Shown in pieces: positions 47,290 through 60,500 of a DNA stretch of 64,000 nucleotides (position 1 is the stretch's first letter; each line of letters opens with the position of its first letter). A program made the translations under genes and the position numbers. The DNA is from Heterodontus francisci (taxonomy: Eukaryota): NCBI RefSeq assembly GCF_036365525.1, contig NC_090379.1:111019350-111083349 (forward strand), written 5' to 3'. The notes under the pieces are model-generated. The model had not been told where the DNA came from, ran no database searches, and worked only from the letters and a program-made list of their open reading frames with translations.

Positions 47290-48345
47290 CACTGGAGGGA
47301 AGTGGGCCATTCAACCCCTTGAACCTGTTCTGTCACTCATTTAGATCATGGCAGATCTGTATCTCAACTCCACTTCCCTGCCTTGATCCCATATCCCTTA
47401 ATAATCTTGCCGAACAAAAGTATGTCAAGCTCAGTTTGTAATGTTTCATTTGAACAAAGCTCAACGGCTTTTTGGAGGAGAATTCCCCACTTCCACCACC
47501 ATTTGTGCGAAGAAGTGCTTCCTGACAACAATCCTGACCTCTAATTTTAAGTTTACATACACTTGTTCTGGACTCCTCCACCAGAGGAAACAGTTTCTCT
47601 CTATCTGTCCCATCACATCCTTGAATCATCTAAAACATTTCGATTATATCACGCCTTAATCTTCTATAATCAAGGGAATACACGTCCTTTTAGCCCTGGT
47701 ATCATTCTAGTGAAACTGACCTACACCGACTCCAAGGTCAATCTATCCTTGCTGAGATGCAGGGCTTAGAACTGAATGCAGATGTGATCCAGATGTGGCA
47801 TGTTGGCCTTTATTGCAAGGGGATTGGAGTACAAGAATAAAGAAGTCTTACTAAAATTGTACAGGGCTTTGGTGAGACCGCACCTGGAATACTGTGTGCA
47901 GTTTTGGTCTCCACATTTAAGAAAGGATATACTTAACAGTCCGGAAAGTGGAATTAAAGCCTACGATCAGCCGCAATCGTATTGAATGGCGGAGCAGGCT
48001 CAATGGGCCATATCGTCCACTTCCGCTCCTATTTCTTGTGTTCTTCTGTTCTAGCCAGAGCTGAATATAACTATAGCATAACGTCCACCCCTTTGTATTC
48101 CCAATCTGTTGAGATGAAGACGAGCATTCCATTAGTCTTTTAATTATTTTTTGTACCTGTCTACTAGGTTTGAGTGATTCCTCAACCCGAACTCTCTGCT
48201 CCATCATGTCTGCTAGCTTCTTGGCATCTAGAAAATTCTCTGATCTATCTTTGTTAGGTCCAAAGTGGATGAGCTCACATTTCCCCATGTTGAACTCCAT
48301 CTGCCATCGGGTTGCCCACTCATTATACATGCTGATAAGTAGTTT
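47290..48345 (-). mobile_element. Degenerate CR1 containing an opposite-strand, internally deleted CR1 insert (~47797-48045, +)
   Basis: - ORFs 47333-47629 and 47917-48348; + ORF 47800 [39 protein letters not shown] joined directly to a 3'UTR. Confidence 0.75.
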
Positions 48346-48822
48346 CATATGTGAAATGAGAATATACTTGAGATCATGATATTCTTTATTGTGATTCTAT
48401 GAGTCGGCTTAGTACTAAGAACATGTAAAAACGAGCCACACAATGTGATATCAAGTTGTAAGCTGAAAAACTTAATTTATTATTATGAATATGTTTATTC
48501 ATGTTTGTTACATTGGGATACTATTTGAAGTCACATGGTTTTGGAAAAACTAAAGCAAAGAAGTTGTTATTTATTCTGCAGCAGCAGTTCCATTCAGGTA
48601 CAGGAACAAGTTGAAGCTTTATCACCGTTTTATTGATTCCAGTACAAAGTAATTAACATTTACAGTTGGCATGAATTTACACCAGACCAGAGATGTTCGG
48701 ATATTCCCAACATCTGATGCACAATTGAATTGTACTGTGTTGTACTCTAAAAGTTTGCACTGGTAACGCGTGATGGTAAGTGAAAAATAGAGCGGCGTCT
48801 CTTCCCGCCCCTGCATCAGAAG

Positions 48823-49217
48823 CTAGTGCTCATCGCCTGGAACTTTTTTGGTCACTTTGAAAATATGGCTGCTCCCGGTTGTATGAATGATCTCGCTATT
48901 AAACTGCTCTGGCACCATTTCATCGTGGAATTTGGCGGACCCCTCTCTATACTTCACATCAGAAGACAGGTAAATTATCGTTTTATCCTTGCAGAAATGC
49001 AGCAGTGTCTGTATAAGACCTGGAAATTGCGATGGGCTGTACACAATGTCCGATCCCAGAATGACATCAAAGTCGGCTGGAAAGTTATTCTGATCGGTAC
49101 CCCAAGACAGCGCACTGATTTGTGTACGGGTTCGAGAGGTGACTGGAATGTTAGCAAGTACGTTGTATTGAATTTGCTTCAAAACGTACGGTCTGTCCGT
49201 CATGGTGACATCTCCAC
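48823..49217 (-). CDS. EEF1AKMT3: EEF1AKMT3/METTL21B-like copy C, coding exon 3 (full protein 212 aa)
   Basis: tttctgccag acceptor (AG at 49218-49219); GDVTMTD, LSWG, FDVILGSDIVY; TAG at 48823-48825; AATAAA candidates at ~48629, 48570, 48494 and 48476; spliced CDS 639 nt stays in frame. Confidence 0.93.
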
Positions 49218-49294
49218 CTGGCAGAAATTTTAAAAAAACACGATTATCCTATGAGTTCCGCGCAGCACGAGTTGCACATGCAGTGGTGGGAGGG

Positions 49295-49882
49295 GGGGAT
49301 TGATTTTATGCACCCGCCGCCGGGGCCGTCGGCGGGCGAAAAACGCGGCGCCCCATGCTATTGACCCGGTCGGGCCGCCCCCACAATCACGTGAAAGGGC
49401 GGGTTCTCCGTCGCCGGCAATGTCTCTGCTCAAGCTCTGGCGCCATTTTAAAAGGGCAACTCCCCAACAAAATAAAGTTTATTATTTGCCTTCTCCCTCC
49501 CAAAATATTTACGTTCCACACTTGACTTTCCCCCACCAAACTGAGCAAAGTGCAGAGGTGACATCTCCCCCCACCCCACACTAAAAATCCTAAACTCCCC
49601 CCTGGCTGCCACTCAGAAGATAGCAACTCGATGGTAAGATTGGAGTCAATTTAAGTCAAATGAAGGCAGTGTGGTAATTTGAATTTTTTTTAACACAGAT
49701 CCCGTCGCCCTCCATTGAGGGGAGGGGGGGCCACCATGGAGACTCGCCACCACCAAGAAGGTGGGGCCCGGCACTCCCGGCATCGGGCTCCGTGGCGGGC
49801 CGCTGCCAGAACGACCTTCCAGCCACCCCACCCCACCCCTGCCATGGAGCCTGACGTTGTGAGCTCTGTAAAATCCCAGCCA
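49295..49882. mobile_element. Harbinger-type GC-rich MITE(s)
   Basis: gattttatg...gtaaaatcccagcc ends; internal ggcgccattttaaaaggg motif shared with 21529-22341. Confidence 0.55.
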
Positions 49883-49993
49883 CAGTCTGGCCACAGGAAG
49901 AGGAAGGAAAGTAGAAATCTGTAAAGGAAGGGGAACTATCTGGGCAATCCATTAAGGGTGCTCTTGAGCCAGGCAGAAGCAGAAGAGCACGTG

Positions 49994-50668
49994 GGGCTGG
50001 ATTTTAAGAGCCGACGCAGTGACTCGTTTAAATAACCAGGGCGGCCTCCTGCCCCAATCACATGGAGAGGATGGGCTGTCCAACGCCGGCAACGGTGTCA
50101 GCTGCCTGTGCGCAGGCGCTGGTGCCATTTTTAAAGAGCAGCCAGCCCTGCCAGCATATTTAAATTTTAAAGGGGTATCTCCCCAAAAATTGAACAAATA
50201 AAATTGTAACGCCCCTTTCCCACCCCCACTAAAAATGACATTAAGTATTTGCCCTCCTCCTCCCCAAAAAAAACACTTACCTGTGAATTCTGACCTGCCA
50301 CACACCATCCACGACCACCACCCCGGCCCCTGGCCCCATACTTAACACAAATGAAAGTTCAGCCCTTCCCACCATCCCCTACACTGAGGATGCTTATTTG
50401 ACACCATTCCTACCCCCTCATAAAAATCTTAACCCAGACTGGGAATTGAAGGCGTGGGCATGCTGGTCATGGGCCTGGAAGATTGCTGGTAAGTCTATTA
50501 AAATTTATTCATATCCTTGATTTAAAGGAGATGCAATGGAGTCTCGCCACTGCAGGAGAATCGGGCCATGCCCTCCCGGCACGGCCTTCATGGCAGGCCT
50601 TTGCTGGAACCATTTTCCGGCCTCTCCGCCATGGTGCCCAATGTCATAGACTCAGTAAAATCCAGCCC
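49994..50668. mobile_element. Harbinger-type GC-rich MITE
   Basis: TIRs gggctggatttta / taaaatccagccc; internal homology to the 21529 element. Confidence 0.7.
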
Positions 50669-50925
50669 AGAAAGGAGAAACTTTGTTTGGTGCTTTTAAA
50701 AAAAGCAAATGCCCAACTTTTAAAAAACCCTTTAATACCTTAGTCTTGCCTATCCCAATCCTTGTCAAAGCAACTGGAATATAATGGACAGGAAAAGATT
50801 CAGAACCTGCACTTTCATTCCCGTTACCATTTGTTCCTAATGTAACTTTTTTACAGAAAGCATATTAAGTACCATTGAGTGTTGTGGGGAAAATCCTTAA
50901 AGATCATTGAAGTAACTGATGAATA

Positions 50926-51276
50926 GTCATTTAGTCATACAGAACTTGAGTATTGCTGAAAATAGAGACATGTTGTTGAAGCTGTTCATCTTGCACTCAT
51001 CAGGACAATCCGCAAGAATAACCAATGTAAAGGAAAACAACAACATATATTTCATGAGAAGAGAGTGCTGATTGATTGGCAAGCAAACTCTGATTGGTAG
51101 AGGTATGGAGAATGCACCAGTTTACAGTGACGGACAGTTAACTGTCAAGATTTGTTTGAAATTTAAACCAGGCATCTTGATTCTGATTGGTCAAGGCAAG
51201 ACCCTGAGGAATGAACCAGCAAATGGCTGTCACTTATTTTGTTCAGCTGAAACAGGTGTGATGTGACTGATAATGT
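50926..51276 (-). mobile_element. Second Penelope-like terminal family with a degenerate hammerhead
   Basis: 13-bp TSD taactgatgaata (50913-50925, 51277-51289); - strand ttgtc CTGATGA gt gcaag at GAAc agct TC. Confidence 0.65.
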
Positions 51277-52454
51277 TAACTGATGAATATTCGGAATCTG
51301 AGACCAGAAGGTTAGGTAGGTTTGGCATGACAATATTTAACTTGGGTGATGTCCAGTGGGTGAGGGTAAAGTGCAGCAAATCGTGAAGCTTAGTTACATC
51401 TCATGGAGGAACATCAACTTCTAGTTCCATCCTATTGGCACATAGGCTTGGACAGGTTTCCCTGCTGCCTAGGTCTAACATTCACGTACGTTTAGTAATT
51501 ACATCTTAACAGTCTTTTATTGAATCCCACCGGGTTCATTCTATAATCGTGTTAATGCATCATTTCCCTTGTTAAAGTGGCAACACGAGTTTCTTGAATC
51601 CGGCCAATCTCAACGCTGATCGGTTTCATTCCTATGGTGTTACTGCTGGATGTGGAGCTTCACTGAGTTCCACATAGGTCCCACAAGACAAGAGGTTTCC
51701 TTAAAAAAAATTACCTCTCCTGAAAACATTGACGCTCTTTTGGGATGGGGGCCTTGGGAGGACCAAATATGCTCTGTCACCTGCCCGAAGTGACCATTCT
51801 TCATCTGGGTGTTGGTTGCCATCTCCCGTATGGAGCAGAGGACACCGGATAGTATCAAGGCAGAAACCCTCGTCGAATTTCCCCTTCTTAGCTCAAGGGT
51901 ATTAGGGCATTGAGGTCAATTATAATGCCCGTTTCACCACACCAATGGTAACATCCCTACCACCCCGGCTGACGTTAGTTTTCCTTGTTCATATGGGCGA
52001 GTTAGTAGTGGATGAACTCTCAAAGCTGTCTGGAGTTGCTGATGGGGTATTTTAAGCAATGTATTCGGTGACAAGGCATTTTGATTTAGAAACACTCACT
52101 TTAATTATGTTTTAAATGCCTGAGTGAAGTGTGGTAAGAAGATTTCAATTACAGTAATACTAAATAGAGGTAGGAACTGTTAATAATTATAGGGGTAGTA
52201 CCAGGAATACTATTTTATGGGAAAGTTCTATGAATTGTAATTATAAAGGTGAGCACTGATTGCTATTGAACACAATTGGGTTAGTACTATGAACAGTAAT
52301 TATAGTAATGAACACTACGAATAGTAAATAAGAGCACGAAGAATATTAATTTTAGTGACAACCATCATGAAAAGTAATGACACAGTATCCAATGGAATAG
52401 TAATTAGAGGGATATACACGATGAATAATAAGCATCAGTGTATACGTAACGACT

Positions 52455-52920
52455 AATACCAAGGCTAAAGGGGTTACATTATGAGGACAAGTTGCATAGA
52501 CTAGGACTGTATTCAGCTGATTACAGAAGAATAAGGGGGTTACCCACTTGAGGTGTTTATGATTAAAGAATTTGATAGGGATATAGAGAGAAATTATTCT
52601 CTTGGGGGAGTCCAGAAGTAGGGGGCATAACATTAAACTGAGAGTCATGTCGTTCAGAGGTGATGTCAGGAAGCATTTCTCCACACAAAGGGAAATAGAA
52701 ATCTGGAACTAACTCCCCAAAATACTGTTTAGGCTGGGAAGGGCTGGGAAGGGCTGGGGGTTACTGGAAAATTTCAAGACTGGGATTACTAGTTTTTTTA
52801 TTAGATAGAGGTATGCAACTAATGTGAATAAATGAACTTATAATATCGGTCAGCTGTGATCGAACTGAACAGAGGAATCGACTCGAGGGGCTGAATGACC
52901 TACTCCAGTTTTTATATTCC
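52455..52920 (+). mobile_element. CR1 3' fragment within an AT-rich intron tract
   Basis: tatgaggacaagttgcatagactagg...ggaagcatttctccacacaaaggg...ggggctgaatgacctactcc. Confidence 0.75.
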
Positions 52921-53160
52921 AAAGTATGCACTGTCGAAGTAATTAAAGAGGCAAAACAACCGGACTAAAAACTACCAATAGTTATTATAGCGTCATGCAC
53001 TTCAAATAATTACTATCGGAGTAACCACTCCTAATGCTAACTATCGGGATATGAGTGATTAGTAGCAACTATCGGGGTAAGGTCTGTAATTTTATCTATA
53101 GATTAATATAGTAACTCAAGGGCTAAGTACTATGAATAATACCGAGAATATTAAGCACTA

Positions 53161-53424
<264 letters not shown>

Positions 53425-54087
53425 TCATATGAAGATATTTATTTGCAAGGTGCACAAAGCTTGAGGGCAGTGTTGGAAGATGGAGGAAAGGGTGGTTGGT
53501 GGGGAAGTTGTTAAAAGGCTACTCAGGCACTTTCGTGTGGGAAGGTTAGAGCAGTCTTCAGAATCCTGCAGGCAGGTCCACTTCCCAAATTCTGGATTTT
53601 AGGGGGAAGGGAGTCTAAGGAGGATCAAGGAAAGGAAATAAATATAATAGAAGCAAACTGTTCCAATCCCACTATTACCATGCGTCCCCTTAGCTATTTG
53701 TAAATAAGCAGGTGGGTACACTGAGAACAGTGAGGGTAGATATCAGAATTTAAGAGGTAGTCTGCAGTGTTATTCCATTACAGTTCTGAGGAATAGCTGC
53801 AGACTTTGAATGTGAATTGAAAAGTACTGGAGAAGTGGAACACGGCCATCAACAGCACATGTTTCACGTGACATCTAACCAAACTCAAAGACAGTTTGTT
53901 GACAGCGTGTCGTGTATTTGCGTCAAAAGGTTACTTTCTACCGAAGAAAGTAGTCATGCAGGCAGCCGCTGTAATGGGCGTTATATACTTGGTGGCAAAA
54001 GTGGCAGCTTTGGGGCAATGGTGGAACCCTCTGGTCTGTGAGTCGGAAGACTTGTGATTCAATCACCACTGGGGGACTTGAGAATCT

Positions 54088-54518
54088 TGACAGCATGACG
54101 GGCCCCCCATTTTCCTTTTTTTAGTTATTTTTTTCTTTTTCCTTTTTTTTTTGCATTTATTTTATTTTATTTCATCTTAGTTTGTTCAGTTTGCTTACCC
54201 ACTGTTTTTTTCATGTTTGTACTTGCGGCTGTTCAATTTTCAGTCCGTTAACACCCTTTCTGTACTAATGCTTTCTCTTACAACACACCATTAACATATC
54301 TTTGCTCCAAGACCTTCTGGTCAGCTATTGTGACCTTGTCCTTTCTATGCATTCTCCTTTGTTATCTCTTGCCCCACCCCCACTTTATTTGCTTATAACC
54401 TTTTACTAATATTTGCCAGTTCTGAAGAAGGATCACTGACCTGAAACGTTAACTCTGCTTCTCTCTCCACAGATGCTGCCAGACCTGCTGAGTATTTCCA
54501 GCATTTCTTGTTTTTATT
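54088..54518 (+). mobile_element. Penelope-like terminal remnant with hammerhead motif, nested in an old SINE (~54000-54860)
   Basis: 12-bp TSD acttgagaatct (54076-54087, 54519-54530); agtt CTGAAGA a ggatc act gacct GAAA cg TT aact at ~54418-54454. Confidence 0.8.
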
Positions 54519-55596
54519 ACTTGAGAATCTAATTCAGGCAGCCCCAACACACCAGTGAGGGCGCCGAATCGGATGTCTCGTTTCGGTTGAGACTTTAAAC
54601 ATCTACCCTCGCAGGCGGATGTCGATAGTTACATGGCGCCATTTAAGGAAGAGGAACGGAGTTCTTCTGGCCAACATTTATTCCTCGGCCATGGCCTCTA
54701 ACACTATCTGATCTTTTATCTCATTGTTATTTGTGGCACTTGCTGTGTTTCCCTACATGACAACAGCGTCAAAGCTTCAACGGTACGTAACCATTTGAAG
54801 AGCGCTTTGCTGTGTCCTTTGACCCTGGTAGGCGCTACAAAAATGCAAGCTTTTTCTTTCGATAGTGTGTTGTGTGTCCTAAACTCTGCTGATATTACTT
54901 CATTTGCCAGCAAATAGTAATTATGCCAACAAATGTCAGGTGCAGTCTGTAACACGTCCGCCGTAATGTTGATCGGAGATGGAAATATCTTTCAGAAATG
55001 TAATGCACAGCGCGACTGCAAAAAGACACGCGCTAACTGGGAGCTGTAAAGTCTAAGATATGTACGCTTAGATCACAAGGTGCCGGATGTAGCTCAGTGA
55101 CAGCACTCTTGCCTCTGAGTCAGAATACTGTGGGTTCAAGTTCCACTCCAAGGACTTGAGCACATACCCTTGGCCGACAGTGCAGAGGAGTACCCTTTTT
55201 TCGACATTACAACAGTCACTACAGTTCAAAAGTCTTCATTGATTGTAAAGCGTTCTGGTCATGAAAGGCGCTGCGGATTTAAGTTTTTTCTTATAGCTCA
55301 GTTGCGATGAGTCTGGTATAACAGTTGAAAAGGGAGCCAGTTTAGAAATCCCAGACTATTGTAATAGTATGCAGTACTCAGGAGATCCACGTTGCCAAGT
55401 CAAGTGGGTGGGATATCACTCTCCATTAAGAGGCTGCTACTATTCTCCCTCGGAATCAGCTGACTCCAGAAATACGCACTCATCTAAACCAGCTTCTAAT
55501 CCACGCGAGTGTAGCCAAAACTGCAAAGACTTTGCAATAGGCTGGGAGTTTACTTTTAACCCCAAACAAAGTATTTGTAACCGGCACTGGACTTAC

Positions 55597-55728
55597 AGGT
55601 CCCCAGACATAAGAAGAGACGCCTAAAGAAGCTCCTTTAAACATCGTGATCTTTATAGGGTGTCCACTAAATTCATAGTCCTTCTCTTCCAACTCCAAGG
55701 GCACACGGTTATCCGCGCTGCTGCTCAT
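55597..55728 (-). CDS. EEF1AKMT3: EEF1AKMT3/METTL21B-like copy C, coding exon 1
   Basis: ATG at 55728; 44 codons MSSSADNRVPLELEEKDYEFSGHPIKITMFKGASLGVSSYVWGP; gtaagt donor at 55591-55596; probable acceptor AG at 55837-55838. Confidence 0.9.
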
Positions 55729-57596
55729 TGTGTCTGATTTCAAAAGCGCACTCTCCGAACTCCAAGCAGATTTCTTCCAGTCCCGGATGCGGATTTCTAC
55801 CAGTTTCAGCCCCACGTGTCGACTCCAAGTTTTTATCTCGGATTAAAGAAATACGTTAAAGATAACTGTGATGTAGGAAGACAGTGCTTAATTGTGTTAT
55901 ACATCCCAGCATATCACAGGAAGACCCACGCCAAAAACACAGGAGACACTTTAAAATGAATACAATTGTCAAACAAAAAAATTCGCCAAATTCAGCATGA
56001 ACCCAACATTGGCCGCTGATTCCAATAAGCAACAGCACCGTTTAAATCGGTGACAGCATTACACAGCCAAACGATTCTTTTACCTACTGGTCAGCCTCGC
56101 AATCCATATAGCCGTGCGGTACTACATAAAATATATTGGGCTGCCGAGCGACAAGGAGCAGGCAGGTGCATAGGACGGGAGGAAAAGTAAACTATCCCAA
56201 AGTAAAGGAGTGGTAGAACAAGAGAAGGAAAAAGTTGTTCTGAAATTGAGTGAGGGGGTAAGATTATAATTTGCAAGTCGGGGAAGTTAATTCGAAATAT
56301 TCAAAGAGTCCGTGAGAGCTTTAAATAGTAAAGGAGCGTTGCAGAGACAATGATTGATTTTCTATGTTCGCATCTGTCGCCTTGCACAAACACCAGAGTA
56401 TGAACTTCGAGTCTGTGATTTGCCTGCGGTTATGATACGAGACTATTAATATAGATCAGCAGTTTAAATCCCACCATATGAATTTCAATTCAATTCATTG
56501 TAAAATCTGGAAATTAAAAGCTGTTATCGGTAAAAGTGATCACGCAACTACCAATGCGCACTAGGGGCGGGGAGGAAACATACTGTCCTTCGCTGTTCTG
56601 GCCTATATGTCACTGCTGTCCTGCAGAAACACGGTTGCCTCTTAACTACCCTCTGAAATGGCCTACAAGACGCTCATAGTGGGAGCATCTACACTTCGCT
56701 GACTCAGCAGTTTAAGGAGAAGGCCCCTTCCAAAACATCATTGAGTGATGCAGAAGACAGGCCGGAGTCGTATGAAATCCCATTTAGTGGTTGAAATGTG
56801 AGCCTACTGCCGAGACTGTGATGCAGAGCGGGATCCCCATATATGGAGTTCCTACCATACACAGCAAGTCCCACACATTTTAGATTATTTGTTTTAATAC
56901 ATTTTAGAAGTTCCTGGGGAACCAAAATGGGCGCTTCAGAACTTGGGGCCTGATATATATGGGCACTGCATTTTGTGGGGGGTGGGGGTGCTTGTTGGGG
57001 ATGTTGTGGACTAGAAACCCGGAAGTATGGTTTTCCCAGATGGCCCGCAGATATTGAGTACAGGTTCTGCTGGTTACCTGCCAACTCCCAGTCTGATTGA
57101 CAGATTGCTTGTCTGAGGGCTGGGAAAGCCTTCAACACAAAACTGAAGCTGGGAACCAGAAAGCAGGTGGGGATGCGGAGGGGGAGATCGGCTGGAGGAG
57201 TCTCAATTGGACGAGTGAGACATCAATGAGGGAGAGAGCATGGGGATGAGAGGACACGGGGAATGAGATTACGGTAGGGGATCTCTTGGTGGAGAAGCGA
57301 TTGATACCATGGGGAGGAGAGGGTGGGAGGAGATTGCAGGGAGGAGATCGTAGTTAATGGGTGCAATAGTGGAGGGGGAGGAGAGCTGGGGGGTAAAGAT
57401 CACGGGAGGGAAAGATAGTGGTGAGGCTGGCCTGATGGTGGTCAGAGCCAGATGGTTGTCGGGATGGGATGATCACAAAGGGAACAGTGTGAGCGATGGA
57501 GGAGCTGGAAGCATGTTAGCTTGTTGCACCAAGTGGGTAGAGAGGAAAACTCCTGTTCCTTTTGGCCCACAAGCAGTGCTGTACAGGCTCTTAGAT

Positions 57597-60500
57597 TCAT
57601 AGAGTGATAGAGTTATTTGCAGCATAGAAGGAGGCCATTCGGCCATTGAGTTCATGCTAGCTCTCTAGGAAGCAATCCAGTCAGTCTCACTCCCCTGCTT
57701 GATCACCGTAGCCCTACAAGTTTATTTCCTTCAAGTGCCCATGCAATTTCTGTTTGAAATCATTGAGTGACTCTGTTTTCTTATGAGCTGTGTATTCCAG
57801 TTCATTACCATTCGCTTCAAAAAAAAGTTCTTCCTCATAGTTCCCCTGCATCTCTTGCCCAAAGCCTTCAACTCTGTGTCCCCTAGTCCTTGCACCATCA
57901 GTTAATGGGATCGACTTTTCATTGTCTAACTTATCTAAACCTGTCATAATCTTGTACAGCTCCATCAAATCACTCCTCAATCTCATTTGCTGCAGGGAGA
58001 ACAGCCCTAAGCTTGTAACTAAAATCTCCCATCCCTGGAACTATTCTGGTAAATCTCCTCTGCTCCCTCTCAAGGACCCTCACATCCTTCCTAAAGTGTG
58101 GTGACCAGATCTGGATGCAGTACTCTAGTTAGGGCCACACCAGAGCTTTATAAAGGTTCAGCATAACTTCCCTGTTTTTTTTTTTTACTCAATGCCTCTA
58201 TTTATGAAGCCCACAATTCTTTGCTAACCACTCTCACAGTATGTTCTGCCACCTTCAAAGATCAATGCACATCCAATGTCCAGGTTCTTCTGTTCCTACA
58301 CACTGTTCTTTAGGACTGTGTTGTTATGTCTATATTGCTTCATTTTATCTCTGCTGCCAAAATGCATCGCCTCATACTTGTCTGTATTAAATTCCATCTG
58401 CCACCTGTCTGCCCATTCTGCTAGCCATTCTATGCCCTGTTCAGGCAGTGCATATCATCCTTGCTATTTGCCACTCCTCCACGTTTGGTATCATCAGCAA
58501 ATTTTGAAATTCTAATCTGTATTCCAAGATCCAAGTCATTTATATATATCAACAAAAAAAAACAGTGGTCCTAGTACTGAGCCTTGGGGGACACCACTGT
58601 CTGCCTTCCTCCAGTCTGAAAAACAACATTTACTATGACTCACTGCTTTCTGTCCTTAAGCCAAATTTTTATCCAACTGAACACAGACACTCCTATTCTG
58701 TAAGTCTCAGTTTTGTGAACCAGTCTTTTATGTGGTACTTTATAAACCACTTTCTTAAAAATATAGATAACATCCACTGGATTTGCTCCATCAACTTTCT
58801 CTGTTACTTCATCAAAAAAACAAGTAGATTAATCAAGCATGATCTGCCTTTTACAAATCCATGCTGGTTATCCTAAATTAACTCAAAACTCTCCAAGTGC
58901 CTGTTGATTTTTTTCTGATTATTGTTTCTCAAACCCTACCCACCACTGGTCTGTAGTTGCTAGGTCTGTCCTTACACCCTTTCTCATATAAGGGCATTAC
59001 ATTTGCCACTCTCCCATCCTCTAGCATCTCCCCCATATCTAGGGAAGATTGGAAGATTATGGCAAGCCCTTCCATTATCTCCATCCCCAATTCCTTTAGC
59101 AATCTGGGATTCAAGTCATCCAAACCAGGTAACATATTTACCCTAAGCATTGTATTTATCCTTTTTGTCCCTAAGAGGCAGCAGTCCACCTCTTAATACC
59201 CACTTACCATTTACACGCCGGTAGAAGATTTTTGAGTTCCTCTTTATGCTGACTGCCATTCTATTCTCATATTCTTTCTTTGCCAGTCTTATTTTCCTCT
59301 TCACCTCCCCTCTCAACTTATTGCGTTTGGCCTGGTTCTCACTGGAAGAATTCACTTGACATGTGTCATACACCCTCTTTTTTGTTTCATCAAAATCCTT
59401 ATCTCCATTGTCATCCAAGGATGATGTTTTTGGTTTCCTACATTTCGCCCTTGTTGGAATGTACTTTGCCTGTACCTGGAGCATCTTTTCTTTAAAGATA
59501 TCACATTGTTCAATTACAGTTTTCCTGTCAGTTTTTGGGTCCATTTTAACCTGGCTAGATCCCTTCTCATTGCTTTGAAATTAGTCCTCTTCCAATCTAG
59601 GCATTCTACTTTATATCATTCCTTGCTTTTCTGCATTAAGAGTCTAAACCTTATGATACAATAATTAATCTTATCCAAGTACTCCCCCACAGACACTTGG
59701 TCCACTTGGCCCACCTCATTTCCCAATACCAGATCCAGCAATGCCTCCTTTCTGGTTGGGCCTGATCAAGGAAGTTCTGAACACAATCCAGAAATTTCTG
59801 CCCATCCTTTCCATTTGCTCTAAAACCATCCCAATCAATATTTGGGGAATTAAAGTCCCCCAATATCACCACTCTATAATTCTTCTACATCTCTGTGATT
59901 TCCCTGCAGATTAGCTCCTCTTTCCACTCTCACTATTTGGAGGCCTATAGAATACCCCAAATAGTGTGCTCATTCCCTTCTTGCTTCTCGTCTCTAACCA
60001 AATTGATTCTGGCCTTGCATCCTCAAGGACATCCCTTCTTTCCAACACTACTATGTCAGTACTACCACCTCAACTACCTTTTTTGCTTCTCTATCTTTTC
60101 TGAACACTTTATATCCTTGTAAATTAAGCACTTAGACCTCACCATTTTAAGCCACGTTTCATTTATTGCCACTACATCATATTTCAGTATTACTATTTGT
60201 GTTTATAGCTCACCAACTGTATTCACCACACTTGGTGTGTTTACATCCATGCATTGTAATTCTGTTTTTGCATTATTCGTAGCCATTCTCAGTCTGCTAT
60301 CTAATATGGAACTATTCCCTTTTCTAGTACTATCTAACACTCTCACATTATGCCTGTGTGGAGTTTGCAAGTTCTCCCTGTGGCTGCGTGGGTTTCCTCC
60401 GGGTGCTCCGGTTTCCTCCCACAAGCCAAAAGACTTGCAGGTTGGTAGGTAAATTGGCCATTATAAATTGCCCCTAGTATAGGTAGGTGGTAGGGAAATA

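Noticed and set aside
48826-49233. 135-aa + strand ORF overlapping copy C exon 3 (and antisense ORFs over the CR1 ORF2s)
   Set aside because: Antisense shadow ORFs of real coding sequence
52732-52760. G-quadruplex-like (GGGCTGGGAA)3
   Set aside because: A local slippage repeat within a decayed CR1 fragment; no evidence of function
55729-55815. In-frame N-terminal extensions of copies C (GTG start) and A (GTG start at 2563)
   Set aside because: No ATG, and the homologous sequence is in different frames in A and C, so it is 5'UTR or intron
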